A stretch of 64,000 nucleotides of DNA, taken from an uncultured Dorea sp. (GTDB taxonomy: Bacteria > Bacillota > Clostridia > Lachnospirales > Lachnospiraceae). The first letter of the stretch is position 1, and every line of letters starts with the position of its first letter. The position numbers and the translations under genes are program-made. The DNA lies in contig CANTDX010000005.1 of the NCBI GenBank assembly GCA_947652615.1, positions 7,333 through 71,332 on the forward strand, in the 5' to 3' direction. Of this stretch, positions 17,638 through 27,000 are shown in pieces. The notes beneath the pieces were generated by a model, which saw nothing but the letters and a program-made list of their open reading frames with translations, did no database searches and was not told the origin of the DNA.

Positions 17638-18600
17638 CTAAAACAATGCATTCTCATTATCTACCTTTGATACGATCTTATTGGCGATCATGATCAGCAC
17701 GAATCCGACCGTCGACTGGAACAGCGCCGCAGCCGAGCTCATTCCGATCTCGCCGCTGGTCTTAAGCGCCCGGAAAATATATGTATCAAGTACATTCGTT
17801 ACCGGGTACAGCGGGCCGGAATTCTTCGGCAGCTGGTAGAACAATCCGAAGTCCGCCTTGAAGATTCCGCCGACAGACATGATCAGTAGGATCGTGATGA
17901 CCGGCTTCAGAAGCGGCAGAGTAATGTATTTGATCTGCTGCCACTTGCTGGCCCCGTCAAGCACCGCCGCCTCATAATAGGTCTTGTCGATTCCGCAGAT
18001 CGAAGCAAGATAAACCACCGTATTGTATCCCATTCCCTTCCACTGGCTCATGAAAATGATGATAAAAGGCCAGAACTTCGTCTCCGTATACCAGGAAACC
18101 GGCTCACCGCCGAACTGCTGGATGATCGCGTTGAAATAACCCTTCTCAGGATTCAGGAATGCGAACACGCAATAGCTTACAACTACCCATGACAGGAAAT
18201 ACGGCAAGAACATGGAGCTCTGATAGATCTTCATCATCCCCTTGTTCTTGATCTCATTGAGAAGCAGTGCGAGCACCACCGGCACCGCCACGCCAAGGAT
18301 GATAAATGTCAGATTGTAAAGCACCGTATTTCTTACAATAATCCACGCGTCGCCGCTGCTGAACAGGAATTTGAAATTGTCAAACCACACGGTCTCGCTC
18401 GTGAATAAGTTATAGAAGAACCCGTCTCCGGATAACCGGAATTTCTTGAATGCCACCAGAATACCGAACAACGGCAGGTAAGCAAAAAACAGAAACCAGA
18501 TTGCTCCCGGCATGCTTAAGATCAGCAGCTCTTTATTTGCCTTAAGCCGGCTAAGGAAATTCCCTTTGGGTTTCCCGGCTTTTTTTGTATTAGCCTTCAC
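17638..18600 (-). CDS. carbohydrate ABC transporter permease (LplB/YteP-like)
   Basis: MalF-type permease with an EAA loop (EAAVLDGASKWQQIKYITLP). Start chosen at GTG 18600, 6 nt after AAGGAGGAGG, not the ORF-track ATG at 18651. Confidence 0.9.
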   Translation of the reverse strand: MKANTKKAGKPKGNFLSRLKANKELLILSMPGAIWFLFFAYLPLFGILVAFKKFRLSGDGFFYNLFTSETVWFDNFKFLFSSGDAWIIVRNTVLYNLTFIILGVAVPVVLALLLNEIKNKGMMKIYQSSMFLPYFLSWVVVSYCVFAFLNPEKGYFNAIIQQFGGEPVSWYTETKFWPFIIIFMSQWKGMGYNTVVYLASICGIDKTYYEAAVLDGASKWQQIKYITLPLLKPVITILLIMSVGGIFKADFGLFYQLPKNSGPLYPVTNVLDTYIFRALKTSGEIGMSSAAALFQSTVGFVLIMIANKIVSKVDNENALF

Positions 18601-18729
18601 TCTTAACCTCCTCCTTTTCCCGGACACATTCTCATCGGATTGCAGCTGCATTTCTAACCGTATGATCTGGCGTCCGCACTTTCTGTCAACTTACCGGTCC
18701 GTTAAACTGCAGTGTTTTGTATCTGTATC

Positions 18730-18863
18730 GTAACAGTTCAGATACCTTCACTGTTACAGGCATCCGGCCATTAAAAATCGCTTCGCGATGGGCCGTATGC
18801 TTTCAGGCTCTACTCTATGGCACGGTCAGCGCAGTGAATGCGCAGACCTGTCTGAACTGTTAC
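18730..18863. mobile_element. 134-bp MITE-like element, copy B
   Basis: Same element as 13822-13955 with 3 mismatches. Flanked by a perfect 8-bp direct repeat TCTGTATC (18722-18729 and 18864-18871). Confidence 0.75.
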
Positions 18864-18960
18864 TCTGTATCAACTATATCATTGTGCAGTTTGTATGGAA
18901 AGTTGAAAACTTTCGGGTTCATTGGACAAATTCTAGTAGGATCATTTCTATTTTTACGCA

Positions 18961-18997
18961 CAAAAAAACCGTGAAATAATATGTCCATCATTTCACG
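18961..18997 (-). terminator. rho-independent terminator of the TM/TIR-like cassette
   Basis: Minus-strand hairpin CGTGAAAT-(12 nt)-ATTTCACG followed by G and a run of U (GTTTTTTTG), 12 nt after the stop at 19009. Confidence 0.7.
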
Positions 18998-19008
18998 ATT
19001 TTGTCCAC

Positions 19009-19386
19009 TTACATATTTGCAAATATCATTTCTTCAACTTTTGAATTTTTCATAAATTCATCTCTTGAATTACAATTCAAAATTTGATTAATATCTTTCT
19101 CATTGATTTCTATAATGGGTATGTTCCTTTGCCTCGCAATATATAATTCCTTTCCTACCCAACTAGAAGAATTCACATCAGACGACTTTATTAAACATAA
19201 AATATTAGATTCCTCAAGCACTTTATAAACATACCCCTGATGATCTGGCGAACAATTATCCAAGATATCAAAATACGTTTCAACTGTACTGTAATCTCGA
19301 AATTTATTTTTGATACTAAGAAGAATATCGATATTAATTTCACTATCCCTTAACGTATAACTAAAAAAGATTTTATTATTACGCAC
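19009..19386 (-). CDS. small TIR-like domain protein
   Basis: KIFFSYTLRDSE (beta-A, like IFISYxxxD), ILCLIKSSDVNSSSWVGKELYIA (SxW..E block) and NIPIIEI (beta-D). Start chosen at GTG 19386, 7 nt after GGGGGA and overlapping the upstream stop (GTGCGTAA). The ORF track allows 19410. Confidence 0.55.
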   Translation of the reverse strand: MRNNKIFFSYTLRDSEINIDILLSIKNKFRDYSTVETYFDILDNCSPDHQGYVYKVLEESNILCLIKSSDVNSSSWVGKELYIARQRNIPIIEINEKDINQILNCNSRDEFMKNSKVEEMIFANM

Positions 19387-19876
19387 TAATATTCCCCCAT
19401 ATTTCAACACAAACTTTAATTAACAAAGGAGCAATAATTGAAACAATAATTAATCCCAAATATAGAATCTGTGATCCATTAAAAAATGATCGGAATAACC
19501 GCCTCTTACTTCTATTCTCTGACCGAACCGGCAATCCATTCCGCTTTTTTATCTCATCCATCCTCTTGTTCATATTCTCTCTTAATCTATCCTGATAAAA
19601 ATATAATACTACATCAACAGCATAAAACAAAACCGGTATCAGAATCCCTAATAACTCTAGAGCAATTACAAGATTGGACAATGGACTTTCTTTATAGATA
19701 CCTGCCAACAACGTATATACCGCGATCTGTACCGTGACACATAATTTTTTCGTTTCCAAACTATTATTACTGAAATTCAATGTTGCTTTATGTAGCTGAT
19801 CTATTTGAATCTTATCTAATTCATCTGCTATTACCCTCTGCTCATCACTCAAATTCCTTTTATTTGCTCCCAACAA
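19379..19876 (-). CDS. three-TM membrane protein of unknown function
   Basis: 165 aa: a soluble charged N-terminus (about 45 aa), two adjacent hydrophobic helices, a very basic loop (KRMDEIKKRNGLPVRSENRSKRRLFR) and a third helix. TTG start (19876 or 19873) follows GAGGTGGA. Confidence 0.55.
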   Translation of the reverse strand: MLGANKRNLSDEQRVIADELDKIQIDQLHKATLNFSNNSLETKKLCVTVQIAVYTLLAGIYKESPLSNLVIALELLGILIPVLFYAVDVVLYFYQDRLRENMNKRMDEIKKRNGLPVRSENRSKRRLFRSFFNGSQILYLGLIIVSIIAPLLIKVCVEIWGNISA

Positions 19877-19921
19877 TCCACCTCAATGATATCTTTCTCA
19901 CTTTTTAATAGTTCTCTATAT

Positions 19922-19950
19922 AATATAAGCCAGATAAATTGAAATTTCAA
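19922..19950 (-). promoter_or_regulatory. candidate sigma-A promoter of the TM/TIR-like cassette
   Basis: On the minus strand: TTGAAA, a 17-nt spacer, then TATATT. It lies about 45 nt upstream of the TTG start. Confidence 0.4.
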
Positions 19951-20023
19951 TATTTGTACATCATATTCGCCATTTTATTACAGTTATTTTCTTCATTTTA
20001 TATCATATTTTGCCGAAAAATGT

Positions 20024-21571
20024 CTAATACTTTTTCATCTCCCGCAGCGATGCCGGAGACACCCCGTAACACTGCTTAAACTTCCGGTAAAAATAACTGG
20101 TATCCGGATATCCCACCTGCCTCGCAATGTCATTGATCTTCATATTGGTATTCAGGATCAGCTCTTTCGCAATCCCATTCTTCGTGTTACTGAGATACTG
20201 TGCAAAGGAACATCCCACTTCCTTCTGGAACAGCTGCCCCAGATAAGACGCATTCATATGGTACTTATACGCCAGTGTCTTGAGGTTCATATCTTCTCTG
20301 TAATTCTTCTGAACTTCCGCGATGATCTGGCGCACCACAGGGGTATACTGAGAATTCTCTTCATGCATACATTCGATGATCTCTGTAATCTCTGACACAA
20401 ATGCCGTCTTAATTCCGTAAATATCATCTGCACCAAAAATCGCCTCCATAAGTTCCGAGAGATCATGGAACCTACACGATTCAAGTTTGTATTCTTTTTT
20501 CATATCCTGGAGCAACATTGCGATCTTCACTGCAATTTGATACAATGAACCCGCATCAGCATCTTTTTGTATATTGTTGATAAGCAGGTCTTCTATATAT
20601 CTGATCGCCGATTCCTTCTCTTTCTTCAGAATGAATTTCCTAAGCCGTGCTTCATCCATACTGATCGCTTCTGTTTTCCGGTCATGGATCTGCCTTTGGC
20701 TGATACAGCTTCCGTATCCTTCAATGACCAGATATTTTTGAAGTTTCTTTGCTGATCTGTAAGCCTTCGGAAGCTGTTCGATTCTCTGAATGGATGGTCC
20801 TACGCAGACAAATGTCATTAGATTGTATCTGCTCTCAATCCGATTCTGAAGATCCTGAAAATATTCCTGCACCTGCTCTTCTCCCATATCACCGGCTTCC
20901 AGTACCATTAACAGATTGTCCGGCGGAAGATGTACAAGCTCAAGCCCATTTTCTTGCTTTAAGTCCACGATCACATCTGCAATTTTATTCTCTTTTAAGC
21001 CGTCCATATTCCATCTCATCACTGCTGCATAGAAGTTTGCACCCGCTTTTATGATTCCCAACGCTTCTGCAAACTTTTGGTATTCTTTCTCTTCTGGTTC
21101 CGTTTTCCCTAACTCATCTGCCGCAGGCTTCCCATTTAAGAAATGCATCCACTCGGTCTTCTCATCAATATAACGGATCTTCTCCTTATCCATCTCCTCA
21201 AGCTTCTGTACCGTCTCCCGAAGCTGACGCTCCAGTTCCTCCTCATTGACAGGCTTCAGGATATAATTCTCCACATCCAGCCGGACCGCCTCTCTGGCAT
21301 AGGAGAACTCATCATATCCGGTCAATATGATAAAGCGCACCTGTTCATCCATCTCACGGATCTTCCGTAGAAGTATAAGCCCATCCATCTCCGGCATGCT
21401 GATATCCGTCACCACGATGTGCACCGGCTCCTTCTCCCACAGTTCAAGCGCCTCCATGCCGTCGTGCGCCATATGCACCACGTCAAGACCCAGCGCTTCC
21501 CAATCTATGATATTCCGAATTCCCTGTAAGATCAGTTCTTCATCCTCCACTATCATTACCTTCTTCATCAT
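20024..21571 (-). CDS. response regulator with AraC-type output domain (YesN-like)
   Basis: REC domain (MIVEDEELI, VVTDISMPEMDG, phospho-acceptor Asp) plus a C-terminal AraC HTH (INDIARQVGYPDTSYFYRKFK). Confidence 0.9.
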   Translation of the reverse strand: MMKKVMIVEDEELILQGIRNIIDWEALGLDVVHMAHDGMEALELWEKEPVHIVVTDISMPEMDGLILLRKIREMDEQVRFIILTGYDEFSYAREAVRLDVENYILKPVNEEELERQLRETVQKLEEMDKEKIRYIDEKTEWMHFLNGKPAADELGKTEPEEKEYQKFAEALGIIKAGANFYAAVMRWNMDGLKENKIADVIVDLKQENGLELVHLPPDNLLMVLEAGDMGEEQVQEYFQDLQNRIESRYNLMTFVCVGPSIQRIEQLPKAYRSAKKLQKYLVIEGYGSCISQRQIHDRKTEAISMDEARLRKFILKKEKESAIRYIEDLLINNIQKDADAGSLYQIAVKIAMLLQDMKKEYKLESCRFHDLSELMEAIFGADDIYGIKTAFVSEITEIIECMHEENSQYTPVVRQIIAEVQKNYREDMNLKTLAYKYHMNASYLGQLFQKEVGCSFAQYLSNTKNGIAKELILNTNMKINDIARQVGYPDTSYFYRKFKQCYGVSPASLREMKKY

Positions 21572-23358
21572 ATTCCTTCCTCCTGAACAACCGGAACTAC
21601 TTCGTCTGTTTTGAACCTCAAGATCACCCGGAGGCCTCCCCCGCTTCTCGATTCTATATGAATCCCATATTCTCTGCCATAGACAGCCTTAAGCCTTCGG
21701 TTGACATTGGCAATGCCAATCGACGACTGCTTCTTCATCGTATCATTCTCAAGTTCCTGATTCTTTGATGCTATCTCATCCTCCGCCATTCCTTTTCCGT
21801 TATCTTCCACGATTATCCGAAATACCGTACTTGCTGCACCGCCCTCCGTAAGACAGCGTCCATCCCCGCATCCACACGTCTCTTCCTTCTCGACAACTAT
21901 TTTCACATAATTATCCTGTTCCTTCATCCGTATCCCGTGGATAAAATAATTCTCAATCACAGGCTGCAGCACAAACTTAATGATCGGCGCCTGCAGATAT
22001 TCTTCCGGACATTCCACCATGGCCTTGAACTGATTCGGATAACGGAACTCAAAAAGCTCCATATACTTCTTACTGTAGTGAAGCTCCTGCGCCAGTGTGA
22101 TGATGTCCGCCTCCTTAATCTGCGCGCGGAAGGTAACAGCCAGGCTGTAGAGCATCTTCCCGACCTCCCGGTCCCCGTTGCAGATGGCCTTCATACGGAT
22201 CGCCTCCAGCGTATTATACAAGAAATGCGGATTGATCTGGCTCTGCAGCGCCGCCATCTCGGCATCCTTCTGCTCAATCTCAGCCAGATACCGCTTCTTG
22301 ATATGCTCGTCCAGATTCACACACATTTCATTGAAATATCCGGCGATCACATCCAACTCATCTCCGTTCTTATCCGTTGGGATCCGTACATCCAGATTAC
22401 CGTCCATAACCTTCGTCATTCCCTCCAAGAGACGGTTCAGCCTTCCGGCAAGCTTCTGCAGATGATATTTTACAAATATTTCACCCAATATCATCACCGC
22501 AATCCCGACTGCCAGAAGCATCACGGCAACAGACCGGGGCACCGCCGCAGCCCGGTCCTTCTCAAGATAACCGATCACATGGTACTGCCCCTTCCAAGCC
22601 TCCTCCACATAGGCATTCAGCATACTCTCCAGCGCGCCTTTATGATCGGCCTCCATAATATCGGCGATCTCATGCCCGCCGGAAGACTCATATACCGGCG
22701 ATCCGGCATCATTGTACACGATCAGTTCCGCACGGGAATAATACTGGCGGATCGTCTCGAACCTCTTACTCTTGAATTCCAGGATCATACACCCCTTCAC
22801 CTGCATCGTCGCCGGATTCCGGATCTCCTTCAGATATGCAAAGCTGTCTTCTCCTACCAGATCCACGGCTTCAAGCCGGCGCTTGAATTCATCATCGCCG
22901 GCTCTCCTGTAGCTCTTCCCATCCCTTGTGTATTCTGTTATCTCATCCCGCTCATAGCTGTACAGAGTAATATGATCCAGGCTTGTGTATGCCTGGAGTG
23001 CATCCAGGAAAAATTTCTCGATGCCTTTGTATCCGCTGAGCTTGTTCTCAATATAAGTATCCAGGCGATACTTCTGGTAGACGGCAGGATCGTCCGTCAT
23101 ATAGTGCAGCACATCATTAAGCTCCATACTCGACTTGTACAGATCTTCGTGAATATATTCCGCTGTGTCCGAAGTATCCTCAAGATACATAACCGCCGAC
23201 TCACTCATCATCTCCGTGTAGCTTAAGCTCTGTTCAAGGACACGGTTTCTGGTACTGTTGAAGAAATAAATGACCAGCGCGGATATGACACATAATAAAA
23301 TGAGCGTATAGATATAGAACAGTTTATTATATAATTGCTTTGAACTCTTAACCTCCAT
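21568..23358 (-). CDS. sensor histidine kinase (YesM-like)
   Basis: Two TM segments flank an extracellular domain, then HAMP, an H-box (QINPHFLYNTLE) and HATPase (VEDNGKGM). 4-nt overlap with the response regulator gene. Confidence 0.9.
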   Translation of the reverse strand: MEVKSSKQLYNKLFYIYTLILLCVISALVIYFFNSTRNRVLEQSLSYTEMMSESAVMYLEDTSDTAEYIHEDLYKSSMELNDVLHYMTDDPAVYQKYRLDTYIENKLSGYKGIEKFFLDALQAYTSLDHITLYSYERDEITEYTRDGKSYRRAGDDEFKRRLEAVDLVGEDSFAYLKEIRNPATMQVKGCMILEFKSKRFETIRQYYSRAELIVYNDAGSPVYESSGGHEIADIMEADHKGALESMLNAYVEEAWKGQYHVIGYLEKDRAAAVPRSVAVMLLAVGIAVMILGEIFVKYHLQKLAGRLNRLLEGMTKVMDGNLDVRIPTDKNGDELDVIAGYFNEMCVNLDEHIKKRYLAEIEQKDAEMAALQSQINPHFLYNTLEAIRMKAICNGDREVGKMLYSLAVTFRAQIKEADIITLAQELHYSKKYMELFEFRYPNQFKAMVECPEEYLQAPIIKFVLQPVIENYFIHGIRMKEQDNYVKIVVEKEETCGCGDGRCLTEGGAASTVFRIIVEDNGKGMAEDEIASKNQELENDTMKKQSSIGIANVNRRLKAVYGREYGIHIESRSGGGLRVILRFKTDEVVPVVQEEGI

Positions 23359-23376
23359 TGTCAGCGCCCTTCCACA

Positions 23377-24042
23377 CTATCTTTCCTCAAGCTGCCTCAT
23401 CACACTCTGATTCATGAACATTACCAGGAATCCATACACACTTCCCATGAACAGAACCGTTGTCCCCGCCGATATCTCGAACGCCGCGAGGACAACGCCA
23501 AGCGCCGCGATATTCCCAAGAGCAGCTATAGGCTTCGCCACCAGAAGAGTCACCGCAGTCCGTGCAATCTGCAGATTGCTCATCTCATAGCGGCTGATCA
23601 GCAGATAGAGATTCGGTGTGACAAGGACCGCCGCCGCGAATAATATGATAAACAATACGGCAAGCGGCAGGATCCTTATCTGCACTGAAAAGAATTCTAT
23701 GTTCGTCCAGCATACCAGGATCACCAATAACTGTCCCGCACCAAGCTTTGCCTTCTGCCAGAGGTCCGCACAATACCCTTTCCTATAATCCCTGAGCGCA
23801 CGCCCTTCTGTTCCGTGAATCAGACGGTTCATCGCATACATCACGGCTGACAGCGCCGGCGCCATCGGCAGCAGACACAGGAGGAACAAAGGAAGGCACT
23901 CCCGGATCTGGCCTGCCCCAACGAACAGCAGGAACAGCAGCACCGGAATATTGGAAATGATAAACAACAGATTCACCGTGAAGAAGTAGCAAATCTTCTC
24001 GCAGAATCCCAATACCTTCTCTATGTTAAATAATTCTCCCAT
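23377..24042 (-). CDS. YesL-family (DUF624) membrane protein
   Basis: 221-aa polytopic membrane protein lying directly upstream of the YesM/YesN-like pair, as in the B. subtilis yesLMN arrangement. Confidence 0.7.
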   Translation of the reverse strand: MGELFNIEKVLGFCEKICYFFTVNLLFIISNIPVLLFLLFVGAGQIRECLPLFLLCLLPMAPALSAVMYAMNRLIHGTEGRALRDYRKGYCADLWQKAKLGAGQLLVILVCWTNIEFFSVQIRILPLAVLFIILFAAAVLVTPNLYLLISRYEMSNLQIARTAVTLLVAKPIAALGNIAALGVVLAAFEISAGTTVLFMGSVYGFLVMFMNQSVMRQLEER

Positions 24043-24054
24043 ATCACCGGCTCC

Positions 24055-27000
24055 TTATACTTTCATCAATATCGTCTTGATCTCATATGCATGCAGGCTC
24101 ATGCTGATCTCATCCTGTGTGAATTCCGTAACCGGACGTTCCCTTAAGTCGCATTCCGCCCATTCCTGACAGGCAAATCCCGGCTTCACCGTCACCTCCT
24201 GCCTCGCTCCCGCAAACTCATGGAAACGGATCACAATGTAATTCCCGTCTTCTGATTTCTTCACCGCATCCAGCTCAATCTGCGCATTGCTAAAAGCTAT
24301 AAAACTGTCATAAGGCAGTACGCTTTTGCCCTTAACGGCCTGCATCGGTTCATTCAACGCGAACGCTTCCTGAACCACCATTCCTTCAACAAAGTCCCCC
24401 TTATGAGGAAGCAGCGCATAGGTAAATGTATGGGTTCCCTGATCCTGCAGATGATCCGGATGGGTTCCTGCTCTCAACAGAGAGATCCGCAGCACGTTAT
24501 CCTTGATGTCATGGCCGTACTTGCAGTCGTTCAGGATGCTTACTCCATAGTTCCGCTCCGACAAATCCGCCCAGCGATGGGCTACCGTCTCGAACTTCGC
24601 CTGATCCCAGCTTGTATTCCAGTGGTTCGGACGCCGCACATTGCCGTACTGTACGTCATAGGTTCCATAGGTCGAACGGACATCCACCGGGAATGCCGCC
24701 TTCAGAAGCTGATGCTGGTCATGAAGTTCCACCTCTGTGCCAAAGTCGATCCTCCGGTCATTGCTGTAGAGAATCATATCCTGACTGATCTTAGAGCATG
24801 CATCTGTCCCATGATCCCCGGCCGCCCTCTGATAAGGTGCAAAATTCCATTCCATATGTACCTTCATGCAGACCGGTCCTGTCTCCGTAACCTGAAACGC
24901 TGTAAGATCTGTGATCTCCCGCATCTTCTCCTGATAAAAGATATCTATATCCCATGCCTCAAAATCCAACGGCTTGTCTTCGAATACCTGGAGTACATTG
25001 GCACGCTCTCCCGCCGGCACCACCTCACGCCTGTAAGTCTTATCGTACAGCCTCGTAATCTGTCCATACTGATTCAGAGCTATCTGGTAGAACGGTGTCT
25101 CGATCTGTCTGCCATCCACATGAAATGAGAAATCTGCCTCCGTCACAGGAACAGCCTCCGCTCCTTCTTCAAAGGTGATCAGCTTCATTCCCATCGCCGG
25201 AACAGCCTTCATCTCGACATAAGTCCCGCCCTGTCCCTTCTGGGCCGTCAATTCATTGCCTTCCTGATCTCTGAAGATTCCGTCTCTATTCTCCGGGATC
25301 ACGACTATCTGGTCAGACGTCCACCCGGATGCATTGATCACCGTATATGTATCGTCCTTCTGTTCAAATACATTTTCATAGGCTTCCTGCTCCACTTCAC
25401 GGGCAATCCCTTCGATATAAGCATAATCCTTCCTGGAATCTTCATATACCTCATGGATGGAAGAACCCGGGATAATATCATGGAACTGGTCTGTCAGGAT
25501 GTGCTTCCACCCCCTGGTCAGCGCCTCCTGCTTCGCATCCGCAAGCTTCCCCGTAAGCAGCGCCTCCATCACCGTCAGCCACTCTGCTCTGCGGTAGAGA
25601 AGTTCCATCTTACGGTTCATGCGCTTGTTATACGCCTGGCTTGTGTAAGTGCCGCGGTGGTATTCCAGATACAGCTCCCCGTCCCAGGTATGTACATAGC
25701 TGTCCGTGTGCTCTACCGTATCATGAAGCTTACGGAAATATTCGCCTGCAGCGGACATCTTCACATGGGGCAGTCCCGGAATCTTGTCAAGCCTTCTTCT
25801 GCACTCCAGCATATCACGGTTCACACCGCCGCCCCCGTCCCCATATCCGAAGGAGATCAAAAGATCCTTATTCATCTGCTTATCGCGGTAGGCGTCCCAC
25901 ACCCCCTTGACCGTTCTTGGCAGCAGGCTGCCGTTATAGGTATAGAACCAGGAATCCCGCTCCCTCCACGGCTCTGGCGTCGTGATAAAATGAGTCAGGA
26001 CTTCACTGCCGTCGATCCCTTTCCACTTAAATGTATCGTGCGGCATACGGTTATACTGGTTCCAACTGATCTTCGTGGTCATAAAGGTATTGATTCCCGC
26101 CTTTTTCAGGATCTGAGGCAGCGCCCAAGAATAACCGAACACATCCGGAAGCCAGAGGAATTCTACATCTTTGCCGAACTCATCCTTGATAAACTTACTG
26201 CCGATCAAGATCTGCCTTGTCAGGGATTCTCCGCTCGTCAGGTTGCAGTCGGCCTCCACCCACATAGCGCCGTCCGCCTCCCAGCGTCCCTCCTGTACCC
26301 TCTTCTTGATATTTGCGTAGATATCCGGGAATTCTTCTTTCATGTATTCATATAGCTGCGGCTGTGTCTGCAGGAAGACGTATTCCGGGAACAGCTCCAT
26401 CAGCCGAAATACGGTTGAGAACGAACGGGAACATTTCTCCCTCGTATGCTTCAGCCGCCACAGCCAGGCAACGTCAATATGGGTGTGCCCCACACAGTAG
26501 ACGTTGATAATCGAGTTCTTATCCATAGAATCAATTCTCTCGTTCAGCAGCTCGTCCGCCCGGTACACGGATTCATAGAACTCTTCACTTCCAGGATACG
26601 TCCAGTCGATCAGGCGGCACGCGCCGTCAAGCGCCCCCCGAAGTTCATGCTGCACCGGATCTGAACTATCCAGCTCTTCCAACGCCTGCCATACCATGGA
26701 CGCCATATAGTAGAAGTCGTCCACCTTCTCATCCAGCCACGCAAGATCTGCCCGCGCGATCCGATGCTCCTGATCCTTAGGGATTCCGCCGCCTTCTAAT
26801 CCCGACCATAAGCGGAAGGTCACATCTACTGCCGTTCCGCAGAGGGCTTCTTCGAAGAACAGCTCCTTGTGGTTCACATCCACACCCTGATACATCTGTC
26901 CGTTCACATAGGCCATGGACTCAAACCCGGAGTTATTACCCCCGCCGGTATTGCCGAAGTCGAATACTCCGACCACTCTCCTCCCTCTCCACTTGTCCGG

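Noticed and set aside
21937-23226. Very long plus-strand ORFs antisense to real genes: 429 aa at 21937..23226, and others at 15561..16520, 25453..26355, 14309..15073, 24403..25128, 31816..32505 and 46477..47214.
   Set aside because: Each lies entirely inside a minus-strand gene with clear family motifs. Their translations are Arg/Leu/His/Ile/Pro-rich with no motifs or RBSs. They are typical codon-bias shadow ORFs.
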